Assembly: GCA_963663475.2 (NCBI GenBank)
Contig: CAXXJV010000001.1
Location: 1,184,001-1,248,000, forward strand
Direction of reading: 5' to 3'
DNA: 64,000 nt
DNA from: Candidatus Cloacimonadales bacterium
GTDB taxonomy: Bacteria > Cloacimonadota > Cloacimonadia > Cloacimonadales > JAFGVF01
Shown here: positions 11,672 through 20,619 of the stretch, in pieces
Position numbering within the stretch: position 1 is the first letter of the stretch
Layout: every line of letters starts with the position of its first letter
Translations under genes and position numbers: made by a program
Notes under the pieces: generated by a model
Seen by the model: the letters and a program-made list of their open reading frames with translations, nothing else
Told to the model about the DNA's origin: nothing
The model's database searches: none

Positions 11672-11695
11672 AAAAGGCCCTGAAAATCAGGGCCT
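11672..11695 (-). terminator. Terminator between convergent genes
   Basis: aggccctga-aaa-tcagggcct with an A-tract on the left (U-tract on the minus strand). Confidence 0.75.
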
Positions 11696-11725
11696 ATATT
11701 GTTTATTTCTTACTTGTTAGGTAAG

Positions 11726-14002
11726 CTATTTCATTAATACCATTTTCTTCATTTCAGTTTTTTCATCACTACTTAACTTATAGAAGTAAAGTCCTGAAGA
11801 TACTTGATTACCATTCATATCTTTACCTTGCCACACATATGAGTGATTTCCTGCTTGTAAACTACCTTTTACAAGTGTATTAACAAGTTGACCTTTAACA
11901 TTATAGATGCTAAGATTGACATTACTAGCTTTATTCATATTAAAGCTAATAGTAGTTTCAGGATTGAAAGGATTAGGATAGTTTTGTCTCAATTGCATAG
12001 AAGGCATTGCTACATTGTTATTATCAATATTTGGAGTAGCAGTAGCAAAATCAATATCGATTGCAGCATACATCATTCTTCCACCAGTAGCTTGGCCAAT
12101 ACCTTGTTCTGAAGAACCAAATGTTTCGTCATCTAAGTACATAAAATGTAATCTTCCGATAGGACCAGTTCCTGTAGGTGATTGAACATATTCTATTTTA
12201 TTAGTTGGGTAAACAAAAGTAGGGATTTGACCATCTAACTCTGGTATTTCAACACCATTTAGTGAGAATGGTTCTGACCAAGTTGCACCATTATCAGCAG
12301 ATACAGAAACCATAGTTTCTAAGTTTTGAGCCCAATCTTCTAGTTCAGGATATGAATCAGGGGTCTTATTATAATTACGAGCTTTTTGTGTGTCATGCCA
12401 AATCATTGCCATCATACCCATTTCATTGGCATCAGTAATTCTAATATGATTAAGATGGAAGAGAGCGGCTTCCTCAGCAGCATCTTCATCCCAGTAAGGG
12501 AAAGGCCACATAGTTGAGAGAAGAGGCATACCCCAGTAATCTGTATCAGCAGGAGTAACTCCATCATCTACATTATCCCAAGTACCATCATCAGCTATCT
12601 CATCAGTAATACCATCACCATCAGTATCCCACCAAAGCCAAGGAACTTCAGTACTTACACCTTCAGTGTTTCCTGTAATATCAAAGACTCTTTGTTCTGT
12701 TTGAGGATAAACTTCATTAACTAAAAAAGTATTGTCTGCAGGATTAAAAATCACTGTTTTAATAACATGCAGAGCAGGGTAATATCCACCTTGATAATTT
12801 TTTAAAGTATAGAGGGCTGGCATATGAATTCTGCCATGAGCATCAACAGATAAATTGAAATGACTTGATTGACCGATTCCAATGTACATATCTTCATCAG
12901 AAAAATCATCTTGATCAGTATCAAAGTATTCTTCAGTCATTTCAGTACCTTCATGGAAACCTGTTGGATTGATATAATTTGGATTATAGCCATCGAAAGT
13001 GTCCCATAAAGAATATCTTTCCCATTGACCTTGGCCATAGTTATCACAAACAAATACATCTAAAGATGGTTCGTTAATACTTGGGTCATCTACACCAGTT
13101 CCTTCAGCAGCAATATGATAACCAATGTAATATAGTTTATCATCAATTACTTTGAATGACATGAAAGGTCTTCTCCAATAAGTTGTTGATACATTCCATT
13201 CATCTAATTCAGGTATGCTTGTTGATTCCCAGTTTGTAGGGTTGAATGTTTGATATTCAATCTCAGATTCTAAGAAATCATGGTAGATGATAAGTATATT
13301 CTCAGCTGCAGCAGAACCAGCTGACCAGCCATTTCTAGCTGCTACATAAACTCTTTGGTAGCCTTCTTGGGGAGAAGGACCTATTTGTACTGAAGGCCAG
13401 TTAAACTCATTATCATCATATTCTACACCATTGACTTCAATAGTTGTTGGAGAATCGATAATAGTAAATAAACTAGAGTTTTGATTAAGAGAAATACCAC
13501 CAATAACAGCATCATATCCTAAGCCTACTTCCCATTGAGTATCTGAGGCATCCCAATTACCATGATAAGCAAAGATAGGTCGTCCTGCTGCAGTTAATCC
13601 TAAACCTGCATAACCTTCAATGATATCAACAGGATTGAAAGTTGAGTTTGTTTGGACAACACCTGTTTCATCAATAAATGCTTTATAGACTCTACGTGTA
13701 GAGCTAGCTGTAGCTTTACCATGATAGATAATCCAGTTACCTTTAACTCCACCATTAGCTGAAAAATCAGCCATCATCATAGGTATAGCACCATATGTGC
13801 CAGGAAAATAATCATAATAGTTATCCATTATGTTAACAGGATTAATGGCAAATTCGAAAGGAGTTTCATAACGGTTGTCAGATTGATATGGCTTTAAGCC
13901 AATTTCATCAAGTTTAATACTTTTTAAAGGGGTGTTAGGTACAGCAAATAAACTTATAGCTAACAACGTGAGCAAAGTAATAATCATAAACTTCTTTTTC
14001 AT
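11726..14002 (-). CDS. Secreted protein of unknown function with T9SS-A/FlgD-like CTD
   Basis: RBS ggagg; signal peptide; Asp-box-like SADNGATWSEP; DxDGDG motif; ends '[11 protein letters not shown]...KKMVLMK'. Paralog of 20620..22899. Confidence 0.85.
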   Translation of the reverse strand: MKKKFMIITLLTLLAISLFAVPNTPLKSIKLDEIGLKPYQSDNRYETPFEFAINPVNIMDNYYDYFPGTYGAIPMMMADFSANGGVKGNWIIYHGKATASSTRRVYKAFIDETGVVQTNSTFNPVDIIEGYAGLGLTAAGRPIFAYHGNWDASDTQWEVGLGYDAVIGGISLNQNSSLFTIIDSPTTIEVNGVEYDDNEFNWPSVQIGPSPQEGYQRVYVAARNGWSAGSAAAENILIIYHDFLESEIEYQTFNPTNWESTSIPELDEWNVSTTYWRRPFMSFKVIDDKLYYIGYHIAAEGTGVDDPSINEPSLDVFVCDNYGQGQWERYSLWDTFDGYNPNYINPTGFHEGTEMTEEYFDTDQDDFSDEDMYIGIGQSSHFNLSVDAHGRIHMPALYTLKNYQGGYYPALHVIKTVIFNPADNTFLVNEVYPQTEQRVFDITGNTEGVSTEVPWLWWDTDGDGITDEIADDGTWDNVDDGVTPADTDYWGMPLLSTMWPFPYWDEDAAEEAALFHLNHIRITDANEMGMMAMIWHDTQKARNYNKTPDSYPELEDWAQNLETMVSVSADNGATWSEPFSLNGVEIPELDGQIPTFVYPTNKIEYVQSPTGTGPIGRLHFMYLDDETFGSSEQGIGQATGGRMMYAAIDIDFATATPNIDNNNVAMPSMQLRQNYPNPFNPETTISFNMNKASNVNLSIYNVKGQLVNTLVKGSLQAGNHSYVWQGKDMNGNQVSSGLYFYKLSSDEKTEMKKMVLMK

Positions 14003-14319
14003 AGTTCCTCCACTATTTAAGGTTTGTTATCTTAGATAAGTTAAATAATTATACCTATAATATAGTATAATTACTATCGTATCTATTATTATCTCTTAGT
14101 ATATAATTAACATTATATGATATAAAAAATATGTCAAGTGATTAAAATGATTTATAAGCGGTATTACAAAATATATTAATTGAATAGTTACTCTGGCTTA
14201 CTCAAATACAATATGACTTATCTTACAAAACTTTTTTTAAAAGTCAGTTTTGCTAAAATCTACAAGATTTAAAGTAGAGATGTAGTTTTAATTGCCTTTC
14301 ATCCTTCCTTGAAAATTTT

Positions 14320-14497
14320 GGCTCAAGTTCAAGTCTGGTGGGAATAATATAGGAAAATGAGAATATTTCATTACTATATTGATTCATCAAAAATCCCTGA
14401 AAGGGATAAAATAATTTAGCCCAGGGTAAGATGCTAAAAGTATCGCAAGCCTGGGTAATGATGACTTGCCCAAAGGTCTACTGCACTATTTGTGTTA
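14320..14497 (+). mobile_element. Repeat family B / REP-like composite, empty allele, joined to a family A right end
   Basis: GGCTCAAGTT...aatccctgaaaggg...agcccagggt...cctgggt...gcccaaag, then tctactgcactatttgtgtta. Aligns with 54801-54973 and reverse 58033-58276. Confidence 0.8.
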
Positions 14498-14620
14498 AAC
14501 TTACATACTAGTTAGATTAGACAAAGAAATATAGTTTCCACTCAACTTGGGAGAGAATCAGAAATATCTGTTTTCATGTAAGTCTGTTATTTATAGCAGT
14601 GAGTTTGATAAGTAGGATAA

Positions 14621-14654
14621 AAGAAAACAACTCGAGTAGAGGAGACTCGAGTTG
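14621..14654 (-). terminator. Terminator of the S8 peptidase gene
   Basis: caactcgagt-agaggag-actcgagttg with a left A-tract. Confidence 0.7.
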
Positions 14655-14712
14655 ATTCTGTTCATTATTCTGGAAGGAATGAACATTAAGTGACTATTTA
14701 TATAGGGAAAAT

Positions 14713-17700
14713 TTATTTTAAAAGTATCATTTTCTTAGACTTAGTAAATTTACCATTTTTCATTCTATAGAGATAGATACCAGATGATACACTTTTGTTA
14801 TTACTATCTTTTCCATCCCAAATCACACTATGCTGTCCAGCTTCAAGCTTCTTATCAATAAGTGTTCTGATTTTCTGTCCTTTGATATTGTAGATAGAAA
14901 TTTCTACTGGACTTTGATCTTTCAGAGAAAAACTAATTCTGGTTTGTGGATTGAAAGGATTAGGGTAATTACCAATCAGAGAAACATCTGCTACATTAGC
15001 TATTTCATCGGCATTAGGGGTAAGGGCATTATAGAAGTTAGCAGTTCTACCTGGATTACCACGATGCATAATCCAATTAGAATAACCGTTTCTCTTGAGG
15101 TCTAATAGTCTTAATTCAGTAACAGTTGAAACAACTAAATCTAAATCCCCATCATTATCAATATCACCCAGAGCAGGTGAAACTTTAAGATTATCATTCA
15201 AATCAATAGGGAAATTACCAGCTTCTAGACCATTGTGATTAATAGCATGAAGCATACCAGAAGTGTCGCCAAAAATAAGACATAAGCCTTGGCCGTCTAA
15301 GTCTGACAGAAGAGGCAATCCTTCAATATAAGTGTTAAGATTAAGTGGGAAGTTAAGTAATTCTGAGCCATCTAATGATAAGGCATGTACCATACCTTCA
15401 TAGGTGGTGAAAAGTAGCTCTTTGTTACCGTCATTATTAAAATCGGCAAATAATATATCTTGTTTAATAGCACCATCCATATCAAAAGTATAAGCAATTG
15501 TTCCATCATGGTTGATAATCTTTATGATACCTTGGGCTGAAATTGTGGAAATAATCTCAGGGTAGAGGTCATCATCAATATTAGTAATAAGTGGGGCAAA
15601 TTCAGTATTAGCTCCTAAGGCAAAAGGGAAACCGTTGATGTTTTCTTGACTTTGATAATCAATAACTAACAAGTTACCTGATATAGATTGTAAGATAATT
15701 TCTTGATTACCATTTAAGTTAATATCACCTGCAGCTATATTAAAAATGAAGTTACCAGGGAATTCACATGGATAATTAGGAAATTCATTTCCTTGACCAT
15801 CAAGTACATGAATTTTGCCATTTAATGTGCAAATTACCGCCTCTAATGTACCATTACCATCAAGGTCAGTTATGAGTGGGTTTGCCTTTACCATCTGATT
15901 ATCTAAGGAAATAGGTCCCCATAAAATTGAACCATCACCAGAGATTGCAAAAGCTTCTTTATTATTAGTAACAGCAACAATATCTTCAATATTATCATTA
16001 TTTAAATCTCCAACTGCTAAAGGAAGAGAAATAGCTGAGTTTAAATTAATAGGGAAACCACTTAGAAAGTTCTGTTGATTATCTAAGACGTTCACATTTC
16101 CTTCAATATCACCAAAAATAACTTCATTTATGTTATCATTATTAATATCCATTATAATGGGAGAAGAAAGGGTTTGACCAGTTAATTCAAATGACCAATC
16201 AGGGTAATTCAAGGACAGATTGCTTTCAAAAGGAATTTCAATACTGTAAGGAATTTCTGAGTCAAGATTAGCTTCAACATATAGTTTGAACTCTATGGGT
16301 TGGGTTGACATGTTAGAGCTAGTATTGAATGTAAATGGAGAATCTGTATTCCAGACAGAAGCTCCTGAAGCTATGTTACCTAAACTTGCCACAGAATCTT
16401 GAATTACCACACCTGCTTGATCACATCTTAGATAAACATTCGTGTTATTTGAACTAGCCCAGGCAAGACCAGTATTGATATCTAAATAATTTGTTAGTTT
16501 AACTTGGAGAGAGATAGTTTCTCCTGGATTAGCTATTCCATCTCCGTCGCCTTCAATTTCTGTTATGGCCTTATCTTCTATAATCATATTGGGAATCTTG
16601 TCATAAAGAACTGCTGCAAAAGCATTAATCCTTCCAGCTCCTAATTTCCCCGCATAATCAGGGTTAATATCATCAATATAATCAGCAGTATTTTCAATTC
16701 TTTGACGGATTTGAGTGTTAGTAAAATCTGGATTCACTGCCTTTACTAAGGCTGCTATACCACAAACAATAGGAGATGCCATTGAAGTACCTTGGGCATT
16801 ATCATAGCCATCGTTTTCAATAATAGTAGATTTAATCTCTGTTCCTGGAGAACTAATATCTATAGGGTCTCCATATTCTGAGAATGAGGCTTTCTCATCA
16901 TTTCTATCAGTAGCTGCCACATTGAAAGCATTTGGACAATCAGATGGGGCATCAATATAACTAGAATTGTGTTCTATATTACCATTTCCTGCAGCTACAA
17001 CAACTAAAGAACCATAATTAGTTGCATAGTTAACATAGGTGTTGGCATAAGATAGATTATAAGTTTGACCACCCCAAGAGGCATTAATAATATCCGCTCC
17101 CATATCAGCAGCATAGACCATCTGTTGATAGCCATGAGGATTACCATTACTATCTTGGTTATCAGGTGCACCTTGCATATTTAATAGTTTTGCATTAAAT
17201 GCTGGCCCAACAGTTCCTAAATTGTTATCACCAACTGCACTTGCACAACCAGCAACATGGGTACCATGATAGTTATAATTCCAATTTTGGAGAGGATTAT
17301 TATCGTTATTAACAAAGTCCCAACCCATTACATCATCAATCTTGCCATTTCCATCATTATCAATACCATCACCTGTAAAGGTTCCATTAAGCCAATCTAT
17401 ACTAACACCAGCCATCTCTCCTTCATTTAACCAGATATTCTCTTGCAAATCAGGATGGGTCCATTTTATTCCAGAATCAGAAATACCAATAAGAACATCT
17501 GAGGCATCTCTTACAAAATCCCAGACCTTTTCAGTTTCAGTTTGAGTAATGTACCAAAGACTTTCATAGAGACTATCGTTAGGAGTGTATTTATTTCTGT
17601 TAATAGTAACATAATCAGCCCATAGAATATCCTTGCTTGCTCTCAATGAATTCAGGGCTTGCTCAATTTTCTTATTATCTTTAATAGTTACCTTATAAAT

Positions 17701-17991
17701 AGCTTGTATATAGGAACCATTATCATTCCATTCTTTATGCTTAACGAAAGGACAATCTTGCTTGATTCTCACGATTTCATAGTCTTTAGCTACTTTATTA
17801 AAAGATTGAATGTTAGTAGTTACAATATCATTATCATAAGCAACTTCAATAATGCCATCTTGATTTCCAATAGCTGATAATTCGAAACAGACCATGATAT
17901 TATTTTCTTCAAAGACATCTTTAACAAACCTGTCTGCTTGTAATAAACAAAGAGATGCTATTAAAATAATAGCAAGCAAAAATTTTTTCAT
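14713..17991 (-). CDS. Secreted subtilisin-family (S8) serine peptidase with FG-GAP/VCBS-like repeats and T9SS-A/FlgD-like CTD
   Basis: Catalytic motifs ISDSGI, YHGTHVAG, AAGN, GTSMASP; repeated 'GDLNNDxxxDIV' / 'DLDGxG' motifs; CTD '[11 protein letters not shown]...KKMILLK'. Confidence 0.93.
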   Translation of the reverse strand: MKKFLLAIILIASLCLLQADRFVKDVFEENNIMVCFELSAIGNQDGIIEVAYDNDIVTTNIQSFNKVAKDYEIVRIKQDCPFVKHKEWNDNGSYIQAIYKVTIKDNKKIEQALNSLRASKDILWADYVTINRNKYTPNDSLYESLWYITQTETEKVWDFVRDASDVLIGISDSGIKWTHPDLQENIWLNEGEMAGVSIDWLNGTFTGDGIDNDGNGKIDDVMGWDFVNNDNNPLQNWNYNYHGTHVAGCASAVGDNNLGTVGPAFNAKLLNMQGAPDNQDSNGNPHGYQQMVYAADMGADIINASWGGQTYNLSYANTYVNYATNYGSLVVVAAGNGNIEHNSSYIDAPSDCPNAFNVAATDRNDEKASFSEYGDPIDISSPGTEIKSTIIENDGYDNAQGTSMASPIVCGIAALVKAVNPDFTNTQIRQRIENTADYIDDINPDYAGKLGAGRINAFAAVLYDKIPNMIIEDKAITEIEGDGDGIANPGETISLQVKLTNYLDINTGLAWASSNNTNVYLRCDQAGVVIQDSVASLGNIASGASVWNTDSPFTFNTSSNMSTQPIEFKLYVEANLDSEIPYSIEIPFESNLSLNYPDWSFELTGQTLSSPIIMDINNDNINEVIFGDIEGNVNVLDNQQNFLSGFPINLNSAISLPLAVGDLNNDNIEDIVAVTNNKEAFAISGDGSILWGPISLDNQMVKANPLITDLDGNGTLEAVICTLNGKIHVLDGQGNEFPNYPCEFPGNFIFNIAAGDINLNGNQEIILQSISGNLLVIDYQSQENINGFPFALGANTEFAPLITNIDDDLYPEIISTISAQGIIKIINHDGTIAYTFDMDGAIKQDILFADFNNDGNKELLFTTYEGMVHALSLDGSELLNFPLNLNTYIEGLPLLSDLDGQGLCLIFGDTSGMLHAINHNGLEAGNFPIDLNDNLKVSPALGDIDNDGDLDLVVSTVTELRLLDLKRNGYSNWIMHRGNPGRTANFYNALTPNADEIANVADVSLIGNYPNPFNPQTRISFSLKDQSPVEISIYNIKGQKIRTLIDKKLEAGQHSVIWDGKDSNNKSVSSGIYLYRMKNGKFTKSKKMILLK

Positions 17992-18345
17992 AATATATCT
18001 CCTAAACTTTTTTAATGTACTTAGTGTGAACTTATATTAAAAAAATAAAAGTTCAATTAAATTTTAAATATGATAGATGCATTTATAATACCAAGAGTAT
18101 AAAAATAGATTTAAAAGATATAAAAAAGATGATGAATTGCAAAAAATCAAACCTGAATGTTAAAAATTTTTCTTTTCTACTTTCTATGTAAGTCAATAAG
18201 TATATGTAAAAATGAAAATTATGTATATCTAGTGTACATAAACTAATTAGCCTATGTAAGTTGTGTTTACATGAAATCCCTGATTATGCTGAGTCTCATG
18301 ACCAACTATATTTTTTCACCAAATAATAACATTATTACTTATTTC

Positions 18346-18422
18346 ATCCTTAATCCTTCCTTTACAGTCTTTCGATGAAAGTCGGCTTTTCATCGAAAGA
18401 CTGTAAAGGAAGGATTAAGGAT
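18346..18422. repeat. Perfect 35-bp inverted repeat with a 7-nt loop
   Basis: atccttaatccttcctttacagtctttcgatgaaa-gtcggct-tttcatcgaaagactgtaaaggaaggattaaggat. Confidence 0.95.
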
Positions 18423-18442
18423 CTTACCCTAGTGACTGGCAT

Positions 18443-18639
18443 TAAACCCAATAATGCAGTAGACCTCTGAGAATAGCAGAATCTTCTTTTGCAAAAGTAA
18501 GCTACATAGTTTTCAGGAATATATATATTATATGCCTTCGAATTCTGTATGCTATTTTGGTAAAAGAATCTGCCCTCTTCACCTGTTATACCTAGTTTTA
18601 GCGAAGTATTACTAAAGCTATACTGCACTATTATGGATA
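18443..18639 (+). mobile_element. MITE family A, long copy
   Basis: aaacccaataatgcagtaga ... tactgcactattatggata; collinear with 11453-11650. Confidence 0.85.
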
Positions 18640-18640
18640 A

Positions 18641-18674
18641 AAGAAACCCCTCACAGGAAATCATCTGAGAGGGG
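18641..18674 (-). terminator. Probable fhs terminator
   Basis: cccctcacag-gaaatcat-ctgagagggg flanked by A-runs, 17 bp past the fhs stop. Confidence 0.6.
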
Positions 18675-18690
18675 AAAAAGGAGTAAAGGT

Positions 18691-20361
18691 CTAAAATAGA
18701 CCGCTAATATTACCATCTTCATCAATATCCATCTTTTCAGCAGATGGACTTTTAGGTAAACCAGGCATGCGCATAATATCTCCAGTAATAGGAACCAAGA
18801 AACCTGCTCCTGAAGAGATAATAATTTCTCTAACAGTAACAAGGAAATCTTTTGGTCTTCCTAGGAGAGCTGGATTATCTGAAAGGGATTTCTGAGTTTT
18901 GGCTATACATATTGGCAGTTTATCATAACCATGTTTAGCAATTTGTTTGAGGGTTTTCTTTGCTTCAGGAGAGTAATCTACAGCTTCAGCTCCATAGATT
19001 TCATGGGCAATTTTGAATATTTTATCCTTAACAGGATCTTTCCAGTCATAGAGATTATTCAATCTACAAACATCAGATTCAATCATGTTAACAACTTTTT
19101 GGGCTAAGTCAATACCACCTTGACCGCCTTTAGTGAAGAACTCAACAACAGATACATCAAAGCCAAGTTTTTCAACAAAGTCTTTTACTATATTGATTTC
19201 TTCTTCAGTATCAGTGGCAAATTTATTGATGGCAATAATAGATTTCATACCAAATTTTTTAGTATTTTCTAAGTGTTTTTCTAGATTAACAATCCCTTTT
19301 CTTACTGCTTCAGGGTTAGGTTCGGATAAATCTTTACGTTTAACTCCTCCGTGGAATTTAATAGCTCTGATAGTTGCAACAACAACAGCTGCATTTGTGC
19401 AGAATCCACCATAAGGGCAGACAATATCAAAGAATTTCTCAGCACCTAAATCGAAACCAAAGCCAGCCTCAGTAACAACATAATCACTTAAGCCTAAGGC
19501 CGTTTTTGTAGCAATTATACTATTAGCACCTTGGGCGATATTGGCAAAAGGACCACCATGAATAAAGGCAGGGGTATGTTCAATTGTTTGCACTAAGTTT
19601 GGTTTAATGGCATCTTTTAGTAGGGTAGTAATAGCACCTTCATAACCTAAATCTTTGACAAGAACAGGGTCTCCATCATAATTATAACCAATAGTTATTT
19701 GGCCTATTTTTCTTTTTAACTCCATCAAGTCATTTGATAGGCAAAGGATTGCCATGATTTCAGAAGCTGGTGTTATATCAAAACCTTCTTCCATAGGAAC
19801 ACCTTGGGCTTTCCCACCTAATCCAATAACAACATCACGTAGCATTCTATCATTTACATCTAAGACTCTTTTCCAAGTCACTCTTCTAGGATCAATATTT
19901 AATTCATTTCCCTGATATATATGATTATTAATCAAGGCTGAAAGGGTATTATTGGCAGTTGTAATTGCATGAAAATCTCCAGTAAAATGAAGGTTTATAT
20001 CTTCCATTGGTAATACTTGCGAATAACCACCACCTGCAGCACCACCTTTAATACCAAAAACAGGCCCTAGTGATGGTTCTCTAATAGCTACACTTGCTTT
20101 TTTACCAATTTTGTTAAGGGCCATGGAAAGACCGATGGAAACCGTTGTTTTACCTTCTCCTGCAGGAGTTGGTGTAATAGCTGATACTAATATCAATTTG
20201 CCTCTTTCTCTCTTCCTAATATCAGCAACTACTGGTAATTTAATCTTAGCTTTATAATCTCCATAATGTTCTAAATCTTGTGCTTTTAAACCTAATTTAG
20301 CAGCAACTTTATCTATATGTTCTAACTTAACTTCACTAGCGATGTCCAAATCTGTTTTCAT
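18691..20361 (-). CDS. fhs: Formate--tetrahydrofolate ligase
   Basis: Signatures ITPTPAGEGKTT, GIKGGAAGGGYSQV, HGGPFANIA, TEAGFGFDLGAEKF, MRMPGLPK. Confidence 0.98.
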   Translation of the reverse strand: MKTDLDIASEVKLEHIDKVAAKLGLKAQDLEHYGDYKAKIKLPVVADIRKRERGKLILVSAITPTPAGEGKTTVSIGLSMALNKIGKKASVAIREPSLGPVFGIKGGAAGGGYSQVLPMEDINLHFTGDFHAITTANNTLSALINNHIYQGNELNIDPRRVTWKRVLDVNDRMLRDVVIGLGGKAQGVPMEEGFDITPASEIMAILCLSNDLMELKRKIGQITIGYNYDGDPVLVKDLGYEGAITTLLKDAIKPNLVQTIEHTPAFIHGGPFANIAQGANSIIATKTALGLSDYVVTEAGFGFDLGAEKFFDIVCPYGGFCTNAAVVVATIRAIKFHGGVKRKDLSEPNPEAVRKGIVNLEKHLENTKKFGMKSIIAINKFATDTEEEINIVKDFVEKLGFDVSVVEFFTKGGQGGIDLAQKVVNMIESDVCRLNNLYDWKDPVKDKIFKIAHEIYGAEAVDYSPEAKKTLKQIAKHGYDKLPICIAKTQKSLSDNPALLGRPKDFLVTVREIIISSGAGFLVPITGDIMRMPGLPKSPSAEKMDIDEDGNISGLF

Positions 20362-20390
20362 TTTAACTCCTTAATGTATTTATTTTTAAA

Positions 20391-20555
20391 TAATCTAGAT
20401 GATGCAGTAGAGCTTCAGGGAAAAGGGCAGATTATTATAGCAAAATAACTTGCAAAATTTGAAAGCATATGATATATATACATGAAAATTATGTAAGTTA
20501 CCTTTGCATAGGAATATAGTGCTATACATAAAGATCTACTGCCTTATTTCGGATA
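20391..20555 (-). mobile_element. MITE family A, diverged short copy, reverse orientation, directly upstream of fhs
   Basis: gatgcagtagagct ... aagatctactgccttatttcggata; the reverse complement aligns with the 28943 copy. Confidence 0.7.
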
Positions 20556-20619
20556 ATATAAGGTATTTTGAGATTTAGACAAATAGAAGTTATAGAGTAT
20601 TTTCCTAAGAAGTCTGCTC

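Noticed and set aside
18362-18664. 100-aa minus-strand ORF downstream of fhs
   Set aside because: It runs through a terminator, a MITE copy and the palindrome; other MITE copies have indels and differ in length.
20362-20619. THF/ZTP riboswitch upstream of fhs
   Set aside because: The leader is largely a family A MITE copy; no riboswitch consensus is recognisable.
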